Origin: Candidatus Woesearchaeota archaeon
GTDB taxonomy: Archaea; Nanobdellota; Nanobdellia; Woesearchaeales; UBA11576
Length of the DNA: 64,000 nt
Direction: 5' to 3'
Assembly (NCBI GenBank): GCA_043819495.1
Contig: JBDRET010000030.1
Span: 133,463-197,462, forward strand
The position numbers and the translations under genes are program-made. Of this stretch, positions 43,419 to 53,400 are shown in pieces (the first letter of the stretch is position 1; each line of letters opens with the position of its first letter). A model generated the notes under the pieces. The model saw only the letters and a list, made by a program, of their open reading frames with translations. It was not told the DNA's origin and did no database searches.

Positions 43419-44333
43419 TTACAGTTTCGTGTCAGATCTTCTGGCAGATGCATATTCGGTTCTGTTTTCCGGCATGTTTTCCTTACGTGTGATAGTTTTC
43501 TTCTTGTCCTGTATCACTTTCTTTGTCGCCATTATCCTCGTTATGTACCCTCTTGTCTCTTTTGGGAGCCCTGAGTAATCAAGCATGTGGAAATCCGCAG
43601 GATCTTTTATGCCGAGTCTTGCAAGCCCTCTCTTTACCTTGTGAGGTCCCCAGTTGTATGCTGCGAGTGCCATGGTCTCATTGCCGTTGAATTGTCTAAG
43701 CATCTGTCCCATGTATCTTGCTCCGCAGTAGATGCTTGTCGCAGGATCTGTTATGTGTTCCAGGCATCCTTTGTTCATCTCTTTTGCTGTGTGCGGCATT
43801 ATCTGCATCAGGCCAAGAGCACCGACATGGCTCTTTGCATCCTCATCCATATTGCTCTCATGTATCATCTGTGCACGGAGAAGTTCTACAGGGATATCAT
43901 ATCTCTCTGCAGCACCTTCAAGGAAGAAGGTATATTTTTTTGAACGTAGTATCTTCCGGTCCATCAGTTCAGCATATTTTCCGCCTTCTTTGTACTTGAT
44001 ATACATCTTCTGCACCTGTGGGTGAAGGGCATCCTGCGGATTGATCTCCTGTACCTGGTCTGGTATGATCATATGTGTGCTGCAGGTCTCTGCATATAAG
44101 TGATCAGGAAGGCCTTCGTGTGTGTTATAGCAGGCATTGTGGGCATAGAACGAATTCTGTATCCATTTTTCCTCTTCAGGTACCTGAGTATCCTGTTCAA
44201 TCTTGCTGAGGATGAATTCCAGTGGTCGCTGGTGTACCTTTGCGCATGCACATACTCCTATGGCTGCAGCAACTGCATATGGTACTGCTCTGCGTAGAAC
44301 TGCGTACCTTGTTAGCGAGGCCAATAAATCCAT
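43419..44333 (-). CDS. SLT-domain lytic transglycosylase with N-terminal membrane anchor
   Basis: QMIHESNMDEDAKSHVGALGLMQIMPHTA...SIYCGARYMGQML...LAAYNWGPHKV matches the family-1 SLT blocks, including the catalytic Glu. Start at ATG 44333 (the track uses TTG 44351). Confidence 0.85.
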   Translation of the reverse strand: MDLLASLTRYAVLRRAVPYAVAAAIGVCACAKVHQRPLEFILSKIEQDTQVPEEEKWIQNSFYAHNACYNTHEGLPDHLYAETCSTHMIIPDQVQEINPQDALHPQVQKMYIKYKEGGKYAELMDRKILRSKKYTFFLEGAAERYDIPVELLRAQMIHESNMDEDAKSHVGALGLMQIMPHTAKEMNKGCLEHITDPATSIYCGARYMGQMLRQFNGNETMALAAYNWGPHKVKRGLARLGIKDPADFHMLDYSGLPKETRGYITRIMATKKVIQDKKKTITRKENMPENRTEYASARRSDTKL

Positions 44334-44400
44334 TGATGTTATGGAAAACAATCCACTAATAAATATTTCTATCGGTTACTACTTAAAAAGGACGATAAAA

Positions 44401-44416
44401 ACGAAAGTTTTATATA
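44401..44416 (+). promoter_or_regulatory. BRE/TATA promoter box about 285 nt upstream of the DEAD-box helicase start
   Basis: ACGAAA-G-TTTTATATA, the same consensus as the other promoters. No convincing ORF lies between it and ATG 44701. Confidence 0.45.
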
Positions 44417-44700
44417 CTACTTCCCCGCAGGTCTCAATATCTGGCGTGATTTTGACGTGTTTTAAACATCATTTACGCAAGATTTAAAAGTAAGTATCAG
44501 GACTTGATACTCACAAACGATCGAAAAGATCAATTGGAAGGCAGAAACAGAGGGTATAAACATTGATGTTATGCTTATTCTGTTTCACGTGATGTACCCT
44601 CAGAATGCAGATGCTAAGTGCCAAATGATTGGTGCTTGAGAAGAAGCTGGCTGATACTGGCCGAGCGAGAGTAACACGGTATTCCAAGGAAGTTAGTAAA

Positions 44701-46065
44701 ATGAATTTTGAAGAGTTAGGAGTAAGGCCTAAGATAGTTAAGGCACTTACCGAATTAGGGATAAAAGAACCTACAAGTATACAGAAAGAAACAATTCCGC
44801 TGATAAGGGCGGGCAAGGATATCATAGGGAAGTCAAAGACAGGATCTGGAAAGACTGCTGCATTCGGCGTACCTATACTCGAGCAGATCACTCCTGGAGG
44901 AGGTCTTCAGGTGCTGATAATGGCACCGATACGTGAGCTTGCAGTGCAGATCGCTGATGAGCTTGATAAGTTCGGAAAATATCTTGATTTCTCTGTGACT
45001 ACTATTTTTGGAGGCGTCGGTATGGGGCCTCAGATAGAGGGTATGAAGAGATCCGAGATCATCGTCGGTACTCCTGGAAGGCTGCTTGACCATCTCCAGA
45101 GGGGAAATATGGACCTCTCTAAGATGAAGCATGTAGTCCTTGATGAGGCTGACAAGATGGTTGACATGGGTTTCATAGAGGATGTCGACAGGATACTTCA
45201 GGCGATGCCTAAGCAGAAGCAGGTCCTTCTTTTTGGAGCGACTATCTCTGATGAGGTCAACAAGCTGAAGAATAGGCACATGGTAGATCCTCAGATAATC
45301 AGTGCAGAGTCACAGGTCAAGGCAGAGTTCCTCGAGCAGCATTACTATAATATTGAAGCGCATGAGAAGTTTTCACTTCTTGTGCATCTTCTCAAGAATG
45401 AGCCGACAAGCCTTTCGATAATTTTCTGCGCAAAGCGCACTACTGTCGAGATGGTGGCGCATAACCTGAAACGCCAGGGCATCAAGGCCGAGATGATCCA
45501 CGGAAAGCTCAGCCAGAACAGGAGACTGTCAGTCATGGCTGATTTCAAGAAAGGGAAGCCTAATGTGCTTGTCGCGTCTGCAGTTGCTGCAAGAGGTATA
45601 GACATAAGAGATGTTACACACGTCTTCAATTATGATCTCTCGCAGGATCCTCAGGAATATATCCATAGGGTCGGAAGGACTGCGCGAGCAGGAGAGACTG
45701 GCAAGGCGATAACATTACTCAGTCCGCAGGACCACGACACTTTCAATAGTATCCTGAGATTCTATGATGTCAGGGTCGAGGCTATGCCGCGTATAAATTT
45801 TCAAAAGCTTCAGTTCGATGCAGGGAGATCCCGACGTGATAGTGGGGATTCAGGAAGAGGATTCGGAAGGGTCCCAAGAAGATACCAGAAGCATGCTGAT
45901 GGTGGCAGAGACGGCGGTAGAGCTGGTGGCAGTGGATATGGAAGTCAGGGTTCTAGGCCGCCAAGAAGTGGTGGTTACAGTTCATCCAGAAGTCCAAGGA
46001 TCGAAGAGCGCTCAGATGATTCGTTGAAGTTCAAGGGAAGGAAGTCCTGGAACGCTCATGCCTGA
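44701..46065 (+). CDS. DEAD-box RNA helicase with RG-rich C-terminal tail
   Basis: Q-motif FEELGV...PTSIQ, GKSKTGSGKTAAF, VLDEADKM, FGATIS and HRVGRTARAG. C-terminal GRDGGRAGGSGYGSQGSRPPRSGG. Start at ATG 44701 (MNFEELGV). Confidence 0.92.
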   Translation: MNFEELGVRPKIVKALTELGIKEPTSIQKETIPLIRAGKDIIGKSKTGSGKTAAFGVPILEQITPGGGLQVLIMAPIRELAVQIADELDKFGKYLDFSVTTIFGGVGMGPQIEGMKRSEIIVGTPGRLLDHLQRGNMDLSKMKHVVLDEADKMVDMGFIEDVDRILQAMPKQKQVLLFGATISDEVNKLKNRHMVDPQIISAESQVKAEFLEQHYYNIEAHEKFSLLVHLLKNEPTSLSIIFCAKRTTVEMVAHNLKRQGIKAEMIHGKLSQNRRLSVMADFKKGKPNVLVASAVAARGIDIRDVTHVFNYDLSQDPQEYIHRVGRTARAGETGKAITLLSPQDHDTFNSILRFYDVRVEAMPRINFQKLQFDAGRSRRDSGDSGRGFGRVPRRYQKHADGGRDGGRAGGSGYGSQGSRPPRSGGYSSSRSPRIEERSDDSLKFKGRKSWNAHA

Positions 46066-46160
46066 TTTTTTCTTTTTTTCTTTATTTTTTCTTTATCTTC
46101 TCTTTATTCTCTCTGTATTTTCTTTTTATCTCCTCTTGGTTTTTTCTTTCCCCTCTTATT
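46066..46160 (+). terminator. Long T/C-rich tract
   Basis: About 95 nt of tttttctttttttctttattttttctttatcttctc... after the helicase stop. Confidence 0.4.
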
Positions 46161-46458
46161 GCGTGTCTGAATGATTACAAGTAAAAACCAAAATTCTGCT
46201 GAGCAACGTTTTTAAATGGATTATACAAATAAACTTAATGATCTTATTGTAACTACTCTATGATGATAAAAAAGGAAATCTTTAAATAGGGTGGTTACAC
46301 TTTAAAGGATAGTTGATAGGTGGTGTTAGGAGGCGTATGGGTGGAGATTTTAAGCATCTACACCTATTTAGTCATTATAAGATGACAAAAAGGGTTTTTT
46401 AGACTGTGTTGGTGATGATTAGGCTTAAGGCTGCTTATAAACGTTGAGAGAGTAAAAA

Positions 46459-49400
46459 ATGAGTTCCGTAAATGGCAATGATGATTCAAGAGGTCCTAGA
46501 CTATCTAGACTCGAGAAGATACTTTTTCTCAACAGTGCGAGTCTGGAGACTGAAGCTGCTCTGGATACAGCACAATCTGCTTTTGAGACTGGTCTTATAG
46601 AATGGTTTCTTGATCCTGAACACAAGAGCATCAACCCAGAGTATTTTGATGATTCTCAGGATCTATACGCTCGTGCTGAAGCACTTGTGAATGAAAGTTT
46701 TGCAGAGCACACCGAACTGGATGTCTGCGCAATCATACCTCTGACTGATAATGTACTTGGTGATGGGGTGACAGAGGTCTATGAGCAGCTCAGGAAGCAG
46801 AATATACCCGTAATTGTTGTAGGGGATGCCAAGAGCATAGTTGACAAGAAGTATCGTAAGGAGATGCATAGGCAGATACAGGATAACCTGCGTGAAACAA
46901 GTCGAGGTCAAAAGCATTTCTATATGTCTCCTGATTACAAGTCTGTGGGACAGGCCATCCGAGACTCAGGTATATTCAGGTCAAATGTTGACATTCTTGG
47001 GATTGCGAATCCAGAGATATCTGCAGAGCAATCGAGCGATTATATGCGAGGAGGAGCAGTATTTGCATCCGAACCTGTTGACTTGGCTGCAAGAAGCGCA
47101 GCAAGAAGAGATACTGTTGATTCTATCCCTATGGATGATGCACCTATGGATTTTGAACTTCCTGAACATACTCCTATGGAGGAAGCAGTGTCAGACCTGA
47201 CTGGAGATGATATTCCTCTGATGGGTGCAGAAGATATTACTGACATTCCTGATCTTCCTGAAGATGCTGTAATCGCTCAAGAGTTTGATATCGGTGAAGA
47301 TATCACTGATGCTGTAGTCGGAGAGGGGATTCCTGAAGATGACAGTGGCATGGTACCTCTTCCTGCAAGCAGGGATCCATTCTCAAGATACCCTACAACA
47401 AAGATGGATCTGCTGAGTATTGAACAGAAGAACGCGCTCTTATGCGGTTTTGCGACTGATGATCCTGATCATCCTCTCCGTGCTCAGCTTGATACATTGC
47501 TGATAGGATTTGATGTATATGTCAATACTGAGGATATCGGCACAGCAGTCCGGACTCCAGGGTTCTCAGCATGGCTGAATAATCATGCTGCTGAGATAGG
47601 TGGTTTTGACAGGATAGTCCTTGGTACTCAAGTCGTCGGTGAAGATGGTGTTGGTGAGATCAAGAATTTTTATGAGGTTATCACAGCACTCCACAACACA
47701 CGTAATGTTGGTGCTGATCCTACATGGGCGGTTTATGATATAACACAGCATCTTGAATACATGGATGAGTTGCTTGAAGCGGATTCTGATGGGAAGATAA
47801 AGAGTTTCAATACTCTTCAGGAATTGGTGACTTGTCTTGGTGAAGATGCGAACGAACGCTTGAATGTCGCTCAGGAAAACAACAAGATGGTTTACCCTGG
47901 GGACATACATAAGTTTGAGATCCCTCCAGAGTTCTTACAATCAGCAGATGATGTGGTCAGGGCAGATAATGCAGGAGTGACTGCAGAAGTTTCTGGTGGC
48001 GATGATTATCTTGACGCACTTGTTGGAGAATCTGAAAAAGCTGTTCATGTAGCGTCTACTCACGGGATCATGCTTGATGCGCAGGGTGTTGCTGCAATAC
48101 ACGAAGTGCAGACCAATAAGTATGATGTGCTGCCCGGGACTGGTGAAGAGGTATCTGTCGAGAGTAGGATACTGACAGAGAAAAGGGTTTTGCCGACTCT
48201 TGCTGAAGAGGTATCTGCTGAGAGCAGGATACCGACAGAGAATAAAGTATCACCACATATTGAGGAGGTTGTTTCTACTGATCCTGCTCATCCAGATTAT
48301 GATGCGGAATTGCAGAAACTCGAATCGGAGGTCGATTCTGGGAATGCTCTGGCGCTTCCACAGGATGTTCAGTACATACCTACTCTTGAAGAAGTCGTAG
48401 AGATGGATCTTCCACGTAAGCTCACAAGCATCCAGAAAAGTAATTATGTCAAGCTCCTGTCGCGATGCGACACTAGGGAGCAGGCAGAGATACGCAAGTC
48501 AATAGCTATAGCTGTCCAGAACCTGGACGGTGACGATGAGATGAATAATTATTTTGGTCTTGTGGGTGTGGTGGCTGAAGAACGTACAGGTCGAGGCACT
48601 CTTGAGGCTGCATCAAAGCTTCTTACTGTCAATATCTCGTTATTCCTTGCGCAGGAAAAGCCGCTCTCTGAAGAGATGCGTGCACTGGCAAAAGTGTGTG
48701 TCAGGATGTATGCGCAAGGGGGTGATAAGCTATTGCTGGACTCACCCGATTTTATCGCTAAACATGGTGAGTACAAGCCATTTGTCGCAAGGATCCTTAC
48801 AGGTCTTGCAGCATTGACTCCTGAGCACGCTCCAATAATAACCAGTACGATTACTGCGCTTGCTTATGATATGGAAAGCAGGACTCACATACGCAGCTAC
48901 CTGCGTAGTGTAGCGGATAAGTGTGATGCGGAAGGGGCATGGAATAAGATAGGTGCCATATCCCAGAGATTGCTTGAGTCTTATACTCGTGCTTTAAAAG
49001 AAGACTCTATCTCTGACCAAAATGCTTATGAAGGAGAACATACATCTTCTGTAGCAGAGGTTCAGAAAGCGGCTGAAAATACTCCTGATCCGCACTCTAC
49101 CGGGCCATGGGTAGCGGAATCACATATTGATGCTGGTGTTCTTTCACCTGAAAAAGAGGGTGGCGATTCAGAAGAGGAGATAGAGCTGGATTTTGATGAT
49201 CTGGTGATAGAGCCTGATGCTATAACTATGCCGGAACCAGAGTCAGGCACTATGTTGGAAGTTATAGCAGAACCTGTGCAGCAATCTGTTCAGGACAATG
49301 ATAATCACGAAGAGAATTACGATAATGATTCGACTGTAGGAGGTCAAAAAATGTCAGAAGGAAATGATACTGGAGTAAGAAATAGCATTGAGCAGGATAT

Positions 49401-50160
49401 CGAAGCTGCTCAGAGGGAAGTTGAGAGCAATACGCCGCTCACACCTGTCGAGATACCTGGGGAGCCAGTCAATAGGCCTGCTGTTGCAGCACCTGCTCCG
49501 GCTAAAGTACATGCACCACCGCGTGCTGGTGTCAGCAGAGGACGTGTAGCACTTTACGTGACTGCAGCTGCAGTTCTTGGAGCTGCAGGAGTTGGAGTCG
49601 GCGGATACTTTGCTGCTGATAGATGGGTAAGACCGATGCTCCAGGAGAAAGCTGATGTGGTTGCTGATGGCGTATTGGCGAACTATACCATACCGTCAGA
49701 ACTCAAGGACCAGCTGAAGAAGGAGTACGCTCAGGTAGCTTACATTGAGGTAGGTGAGCGTGATGGGTTTTATGTCAATTTTAACTACCAGGGCGACCTC
49801 GCAGGTCTTGAGAAGCATGCTGAAGCTGCACAGGCATACTGCAAGATTTATGGTGCTGAGCTCTGCAAGAAGAATGCAGGCACAATGACTGTTTCACAGC
49901 TTGAGGGAAAGATCATAGCTGCAGAAGAGCTTCTTGCTGTCCAGCAGAACTCGCCTTTGATGCAGGATATTGCTGAACTCAAGTCTCAGCATAACGGTCT
50001 TGGTGGTGCGATATTCCCTCCTCTTCAATCAATGCCTGCACAGGATCAGAAGGCAAGAGCAAAGAAGGGTTATAGGGGAGTCAGTCCAAGGACTCAGAAC
50101 CCTAACGCTGTTCCTGCTACTAGTCTGGGCTATAATAGTGGCCACAGGGGCTGGGAGTAA
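46459..50160 (+). CDS. 1233-aa acidic protein with a single TM helix near the C-terminus (large N-terminal part predicted cytoplasmic)
   Basis: No signal peptide. Very acidic stretches (DDAPMDFELPEHTPMEE...). TM RVALYVTAAAVLGAAGVGVGGYFAA at about 49546-49620, then a roughly 180-aa C-terminal domain. No family recognised. Confidence 0.8.
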   Translation: MSSVNGNDDSRGPRLSRLEKILFLNSASLETEAALDTAQSAFETGLIEWFLDPEHKSINPEYFDDSQDLYARAEALVNESFAEHTELDVCAIIPLTDNVLGDGVTEVYEQLRKQNIPVIVVGDAKSIVDKKYRKEMHRQIQDNLRETSRGQKHFYMSPDYKSVGQAIRDSGIFRSNVDILGIANPEISAEQSSDYMRGGAVFASEPVDLAARSAARRDTVDSIPMDDAPMDFELPEHTPMEEAVSDLTGDDIPLMGAEDITDIPDLPEDAVIAQEFDIGEDITDAVVGEGIPEDDSGMVPLPASRDPFSRYPTTKMDLLSIEQKNALLCGFATDDPDHPLRAQLDTLLIGFDVYVNTEDIGTAVRTPGFSAWLNNHAAEIGGFDRIVLGTQVVGEDGVGEIKNFYEVITALHNTRNVGADPTWAVYDITQHLEYMDELLEADSDGKIKSFNTLQELVTCLGEDANERLNVAQENNKMVYPGDIHKFEIPPEFLQSADDVVRADNAGVTAEVSGGDDYLDALVGESEKAVHVASTHGIMLDAQGVAAIHEVQTNKYDVLPGTGEEVSVESRILTEKRVLPTLAEEVSAESRIPTENKVSPHIEEVVSTDPAHPDYDAELQKLESEVDSGNALALPQDVQYIPTLEEVVEMDLPRKLTSIQKSNYVKLLSRCDTREQAEIRKSIAIAVQNLDGDDEMNNYFGLVGVVAEERTGRGTLEAASKLLTVNISLFLAQEKPLSEEMRALAKVCVRMYAQGGDKLLLDSPDFIAKHGEYKPFVARILTGLAALTPEHAPIITSTITALAYDMESRTHIRSYLRSVADKCDAEGAWNKIGAISQRLLESYTRALKEDSISDQNAYEGEHTSSVAEVQKAAENTPDPHSTGPWVAESHIDAGVLSPEKEGGDSEEEIELDFDDLVIEPDAITMPEPESGTMLEVIAEPVQQSVQDNDNHEENYDNDSTVGGQKMSEGNDTGVRNSIEQDIEAAQREVESNTPLTPVEIPGEPVNRPAVAAPAPAKVHAPPRAGVSRGRVALYVTAAAVLGAAGVGVGGYFAADRWVRPMLQEKADVVADGVLANYTIPSELKDQLKKEYAQVAYIEVGERDGFYVNFNYQGDLAGLEKHAEAAQAYCKIYGAELCKKNAGTMTVSQLEGKIIAAEELLAVQQNSPLMQDIAELKSQHNGLGGAIFPPLQSMPAQDQKARAKKGYRGVSPRTQNPNAVPATSLGYNSGHRGWE

Positions 50161-50499
50161 ATTTTTGATTTTTTTTTACTTTTTTTACTTTTTTTTTCCT
50201 ATATTCTGCTACCCGTGAAAACCAAAATAATATCAGGCAACCTTTTTAAGCGCACCAGACATAAATGTTGCTGTTGAGATTTTGGGCGGTGATCAGAGGT
50301 AGTTTGTCTTGCATAGTTCAGAATTTATACAGACCAGAAAAAATGTCACTACTACATAGATACTGTAACACGAAAGGTTTAAATAAGAGTACTACACAGT
50401 AGTTATAGTTTTTCATGGGCGGTTTAGACAGTAAAAGGGTGACCAGTTTAGTGCGTACTAGCTGTAAATGTATTATAATCACTTGAGGGGACAAATAAA

Positions 50500-53400
50500 A
50501 TGACAAATGGCTCAAATTTGGCAGAAAGAGTTTTAGACAACTCTAAAAGCGCTTCAAACAGCGCCGACAACAATTCAGAGGCTTATAAAAGCCGTTCTAT
50601 GCTTAAGAAAGCAGGTATTGGTGCCGCTGTAGCTGCAGCTGCACTTGTTGCGACACTTGCTTCAGGCAATGCTGAGGCTTCTTGTGAGCGGACAAAGCCC
50701 GAGGATGTACGTCAGCTTGCGATAAGTGTTGAATCCAAACAGGCATACAAGAAAGCACATCCTGATGATCCTAAGACTGGTTTCAGTCATTCTGAGGATG
50801 TCCATCTGCATGATCTTCTGAGCCAGTTCCCCTGCCTTGATGAAGAATCTGCATATCTTCTTGCAAGGAATGAGCCAGTACTTCTTCAAGCTTACAAGAA
50901 TCACACTCTTGATGAGTCTCTTGAGCAGTGGGTCTTCGGAAGGAACCAGAGCTGGTTTGCACCTAATCAGACATTCGCAACTGTAGAGCAGCAGGCAAAG
51001 CATGATGCGCTCGAAGCTATGCGAGGAAAGATTGATGAGGGGCAGCTCTCTCAGAGTCTGAGAAAGAACGGTTACTTCACAATATCTAAGGAAGTCCTTA
51101 TGTCAGGTATCGAAGCTGCTTATGGTGCAGCACCTGCACGTTCTGATTCAAGAAGTGTCCAGCCACAGGTTGATGACAGCGCTTCTGTTGACAATTCTGA
51201 TGTTGAGGATTCTGCAGCGATCCCTGCACCTGAGCTTGATGATTCCCGTGATGTTACGGGCGTATCAGACTCGCGTGATCTGGATGTTGCAGATGTTGTT
51301 GTGGATACATGTTCACCAGCGACACTGAATGGTAAGTTTGCAGAGATAAAGTCCGCATCAAAGCAGAGGATGGATGCTGGTGCTGATGAATCTGTGGTTG
51401 CTGGTGCTGCTAATGCCAGCTATGATTCTTTGACAGGACAGTGCCCTGAGCAGGAAGGCATCATAGGTGCTTCCCGTGCTGCGCATGAGACTAATGTTGC
51501 TGCTTATGCTTGCGGTGATGTCAGGTTCGGCAAGAAGCTGGAAGACATGACTGGCAGGGTCAAAGAGATGAGGGATGCTGGTGCAGAGCCATCAGAGCTC
51601 AGGCAGTATCTTGACACACGTGTCGCAGAACTTCAGGACGAGTGTGGTGATCAGCCACTTTTGGCAGGTACACTCACTGAACAGAAGACTGCTCTTTCAA
51701 CGCTCATTATGGATTATGAATGCAAAGGCCCAAGACTGCAGGCAGACCTTAAAGGGATAAAGGATGCTGCAGATGCAAGCATGGTTGCTGAAGCTGCTGT
51801 TGACGACATTAGGTCTGCAGCTGATGGTGCTTATGCTGCTCTTGAAGAGCGGTGCGAAGTCAGCGCTCCTAAGATAACAAAGGCTAATACGGATCTTCGC
51901 AAGAAGATTGACGAGTACATGTGCGGTGATGTCATGGTCGGCAAGGATATCGAAGGTATCCGTGTAGGCATGCAGTCAAGCATGGATTCGCATGATGATG
52001 CTGAAGCGATAAAGACATCAACGACAGAGGCATATGAAGCGCTCAAGGTCAAGTGCGCTCAGAATGTCGACGAAGTCGGTGCTGCTCTTGAAGCGCTAAC
52101 TCCTGCTATTGAAGCTTATATCAAAGCAGAACTGAACCGTGCAGAGATGAATCTGGTTGACGTAGGTGCAAACGCAGCACTTCCAGGCATCCAGAAAGGG
52201 AAAGTCGGAGGTCACTTGAGGCTCAGGCTCGCAAATGGTGCTGCAGCAGAGGACCCATTCCACCTTGAGGCTTACCTCGACGGTGCTAACGATTTCAGAT
52301 CAGTGCGTGAGATAGGACCTGGTTCAGATCTTTCACGTGTCGGAAGAGTCGATCAGCCTTACGGCGGAGCGATATTTGAGCTTGGCACTAAGTCGACCAC
52401 ATGGAGACTTTCGTATGGCGGTCAGTGGAAGAGCAAGAGCACAGATTATCCTGCGTCAACAACTTCAGAGTTTGTAACAAGGGATGTTGATGGTGGGACT
52501 CAGACAGAGAACTCAAGCACTACAACAAGTGAGAGTTCAAGGAACAATGACGATCTTCTCACAGGCATGCTCGCTCTTGAGAGCCAGCTCCGTCTTGGAG
52601 ATAATAATGATTGGATAATCGACCTTGGCGTAGGCTTTGGACGTGATGCCTACAATGAGACAGTCACCAGTCACACAGATAATCACACAGATGTTGTTGA
52701 CTCATCTTACACTGCAGGTCCGCCTTCAGTTGATGTGACTACGACTACAAGTGCTGACACTTCTGTTGACACAAAGACTGTTGCAAACGCAGTCACTAAT
52801 ATGATAGCTGCACATCTTGGTCTTGTCAAGAAAGGCGAGAACTGGACTGTCGGCGGTGATGCTGTCGGTGCTTACAGATGGTCAGAGATCTCCGGAAGGA
52901 CGACTGTCGATACACAGACGACAATAGGTGATACTGTAAGTGATATCAATATAGAAGGTATGGATCCTATACAGGAGACTACTCCTGGAAGTGCAAGCCC
53001 ATCTTCAGATAGTGATTCATTTGACAGGAACCCGCATGGTCTTACCACAGGATTGAGGCTGCGCCTGAACTATGATGCAGAAGGAGTTGCAATCAGGCTT
53101 GAGCCAGGGTGGGTCGGCAAATGGCACAACAGTCAGTATGAGTTGGAGCAGATGCATGTCGGTGGGAACCTGACAGGTCTAGTGCAGACACAGGGAGTTA
53201 CATTAGGAGCCAATGCAGCAGTATATGATGATATGGCTGATCTGCATGCATACTTCTCGACTGATGATGATTTCAAGAAAGTCGTGAGCTATGTTGATGC
53301 TGTCAACCAGATGAGGATAGTCAGTCCGATGGACAGCCAGCTGCGTGAGCGGTACATAGACAACCTGTTCGACAATCTTGTTGAGACGACAGATGGTTTC

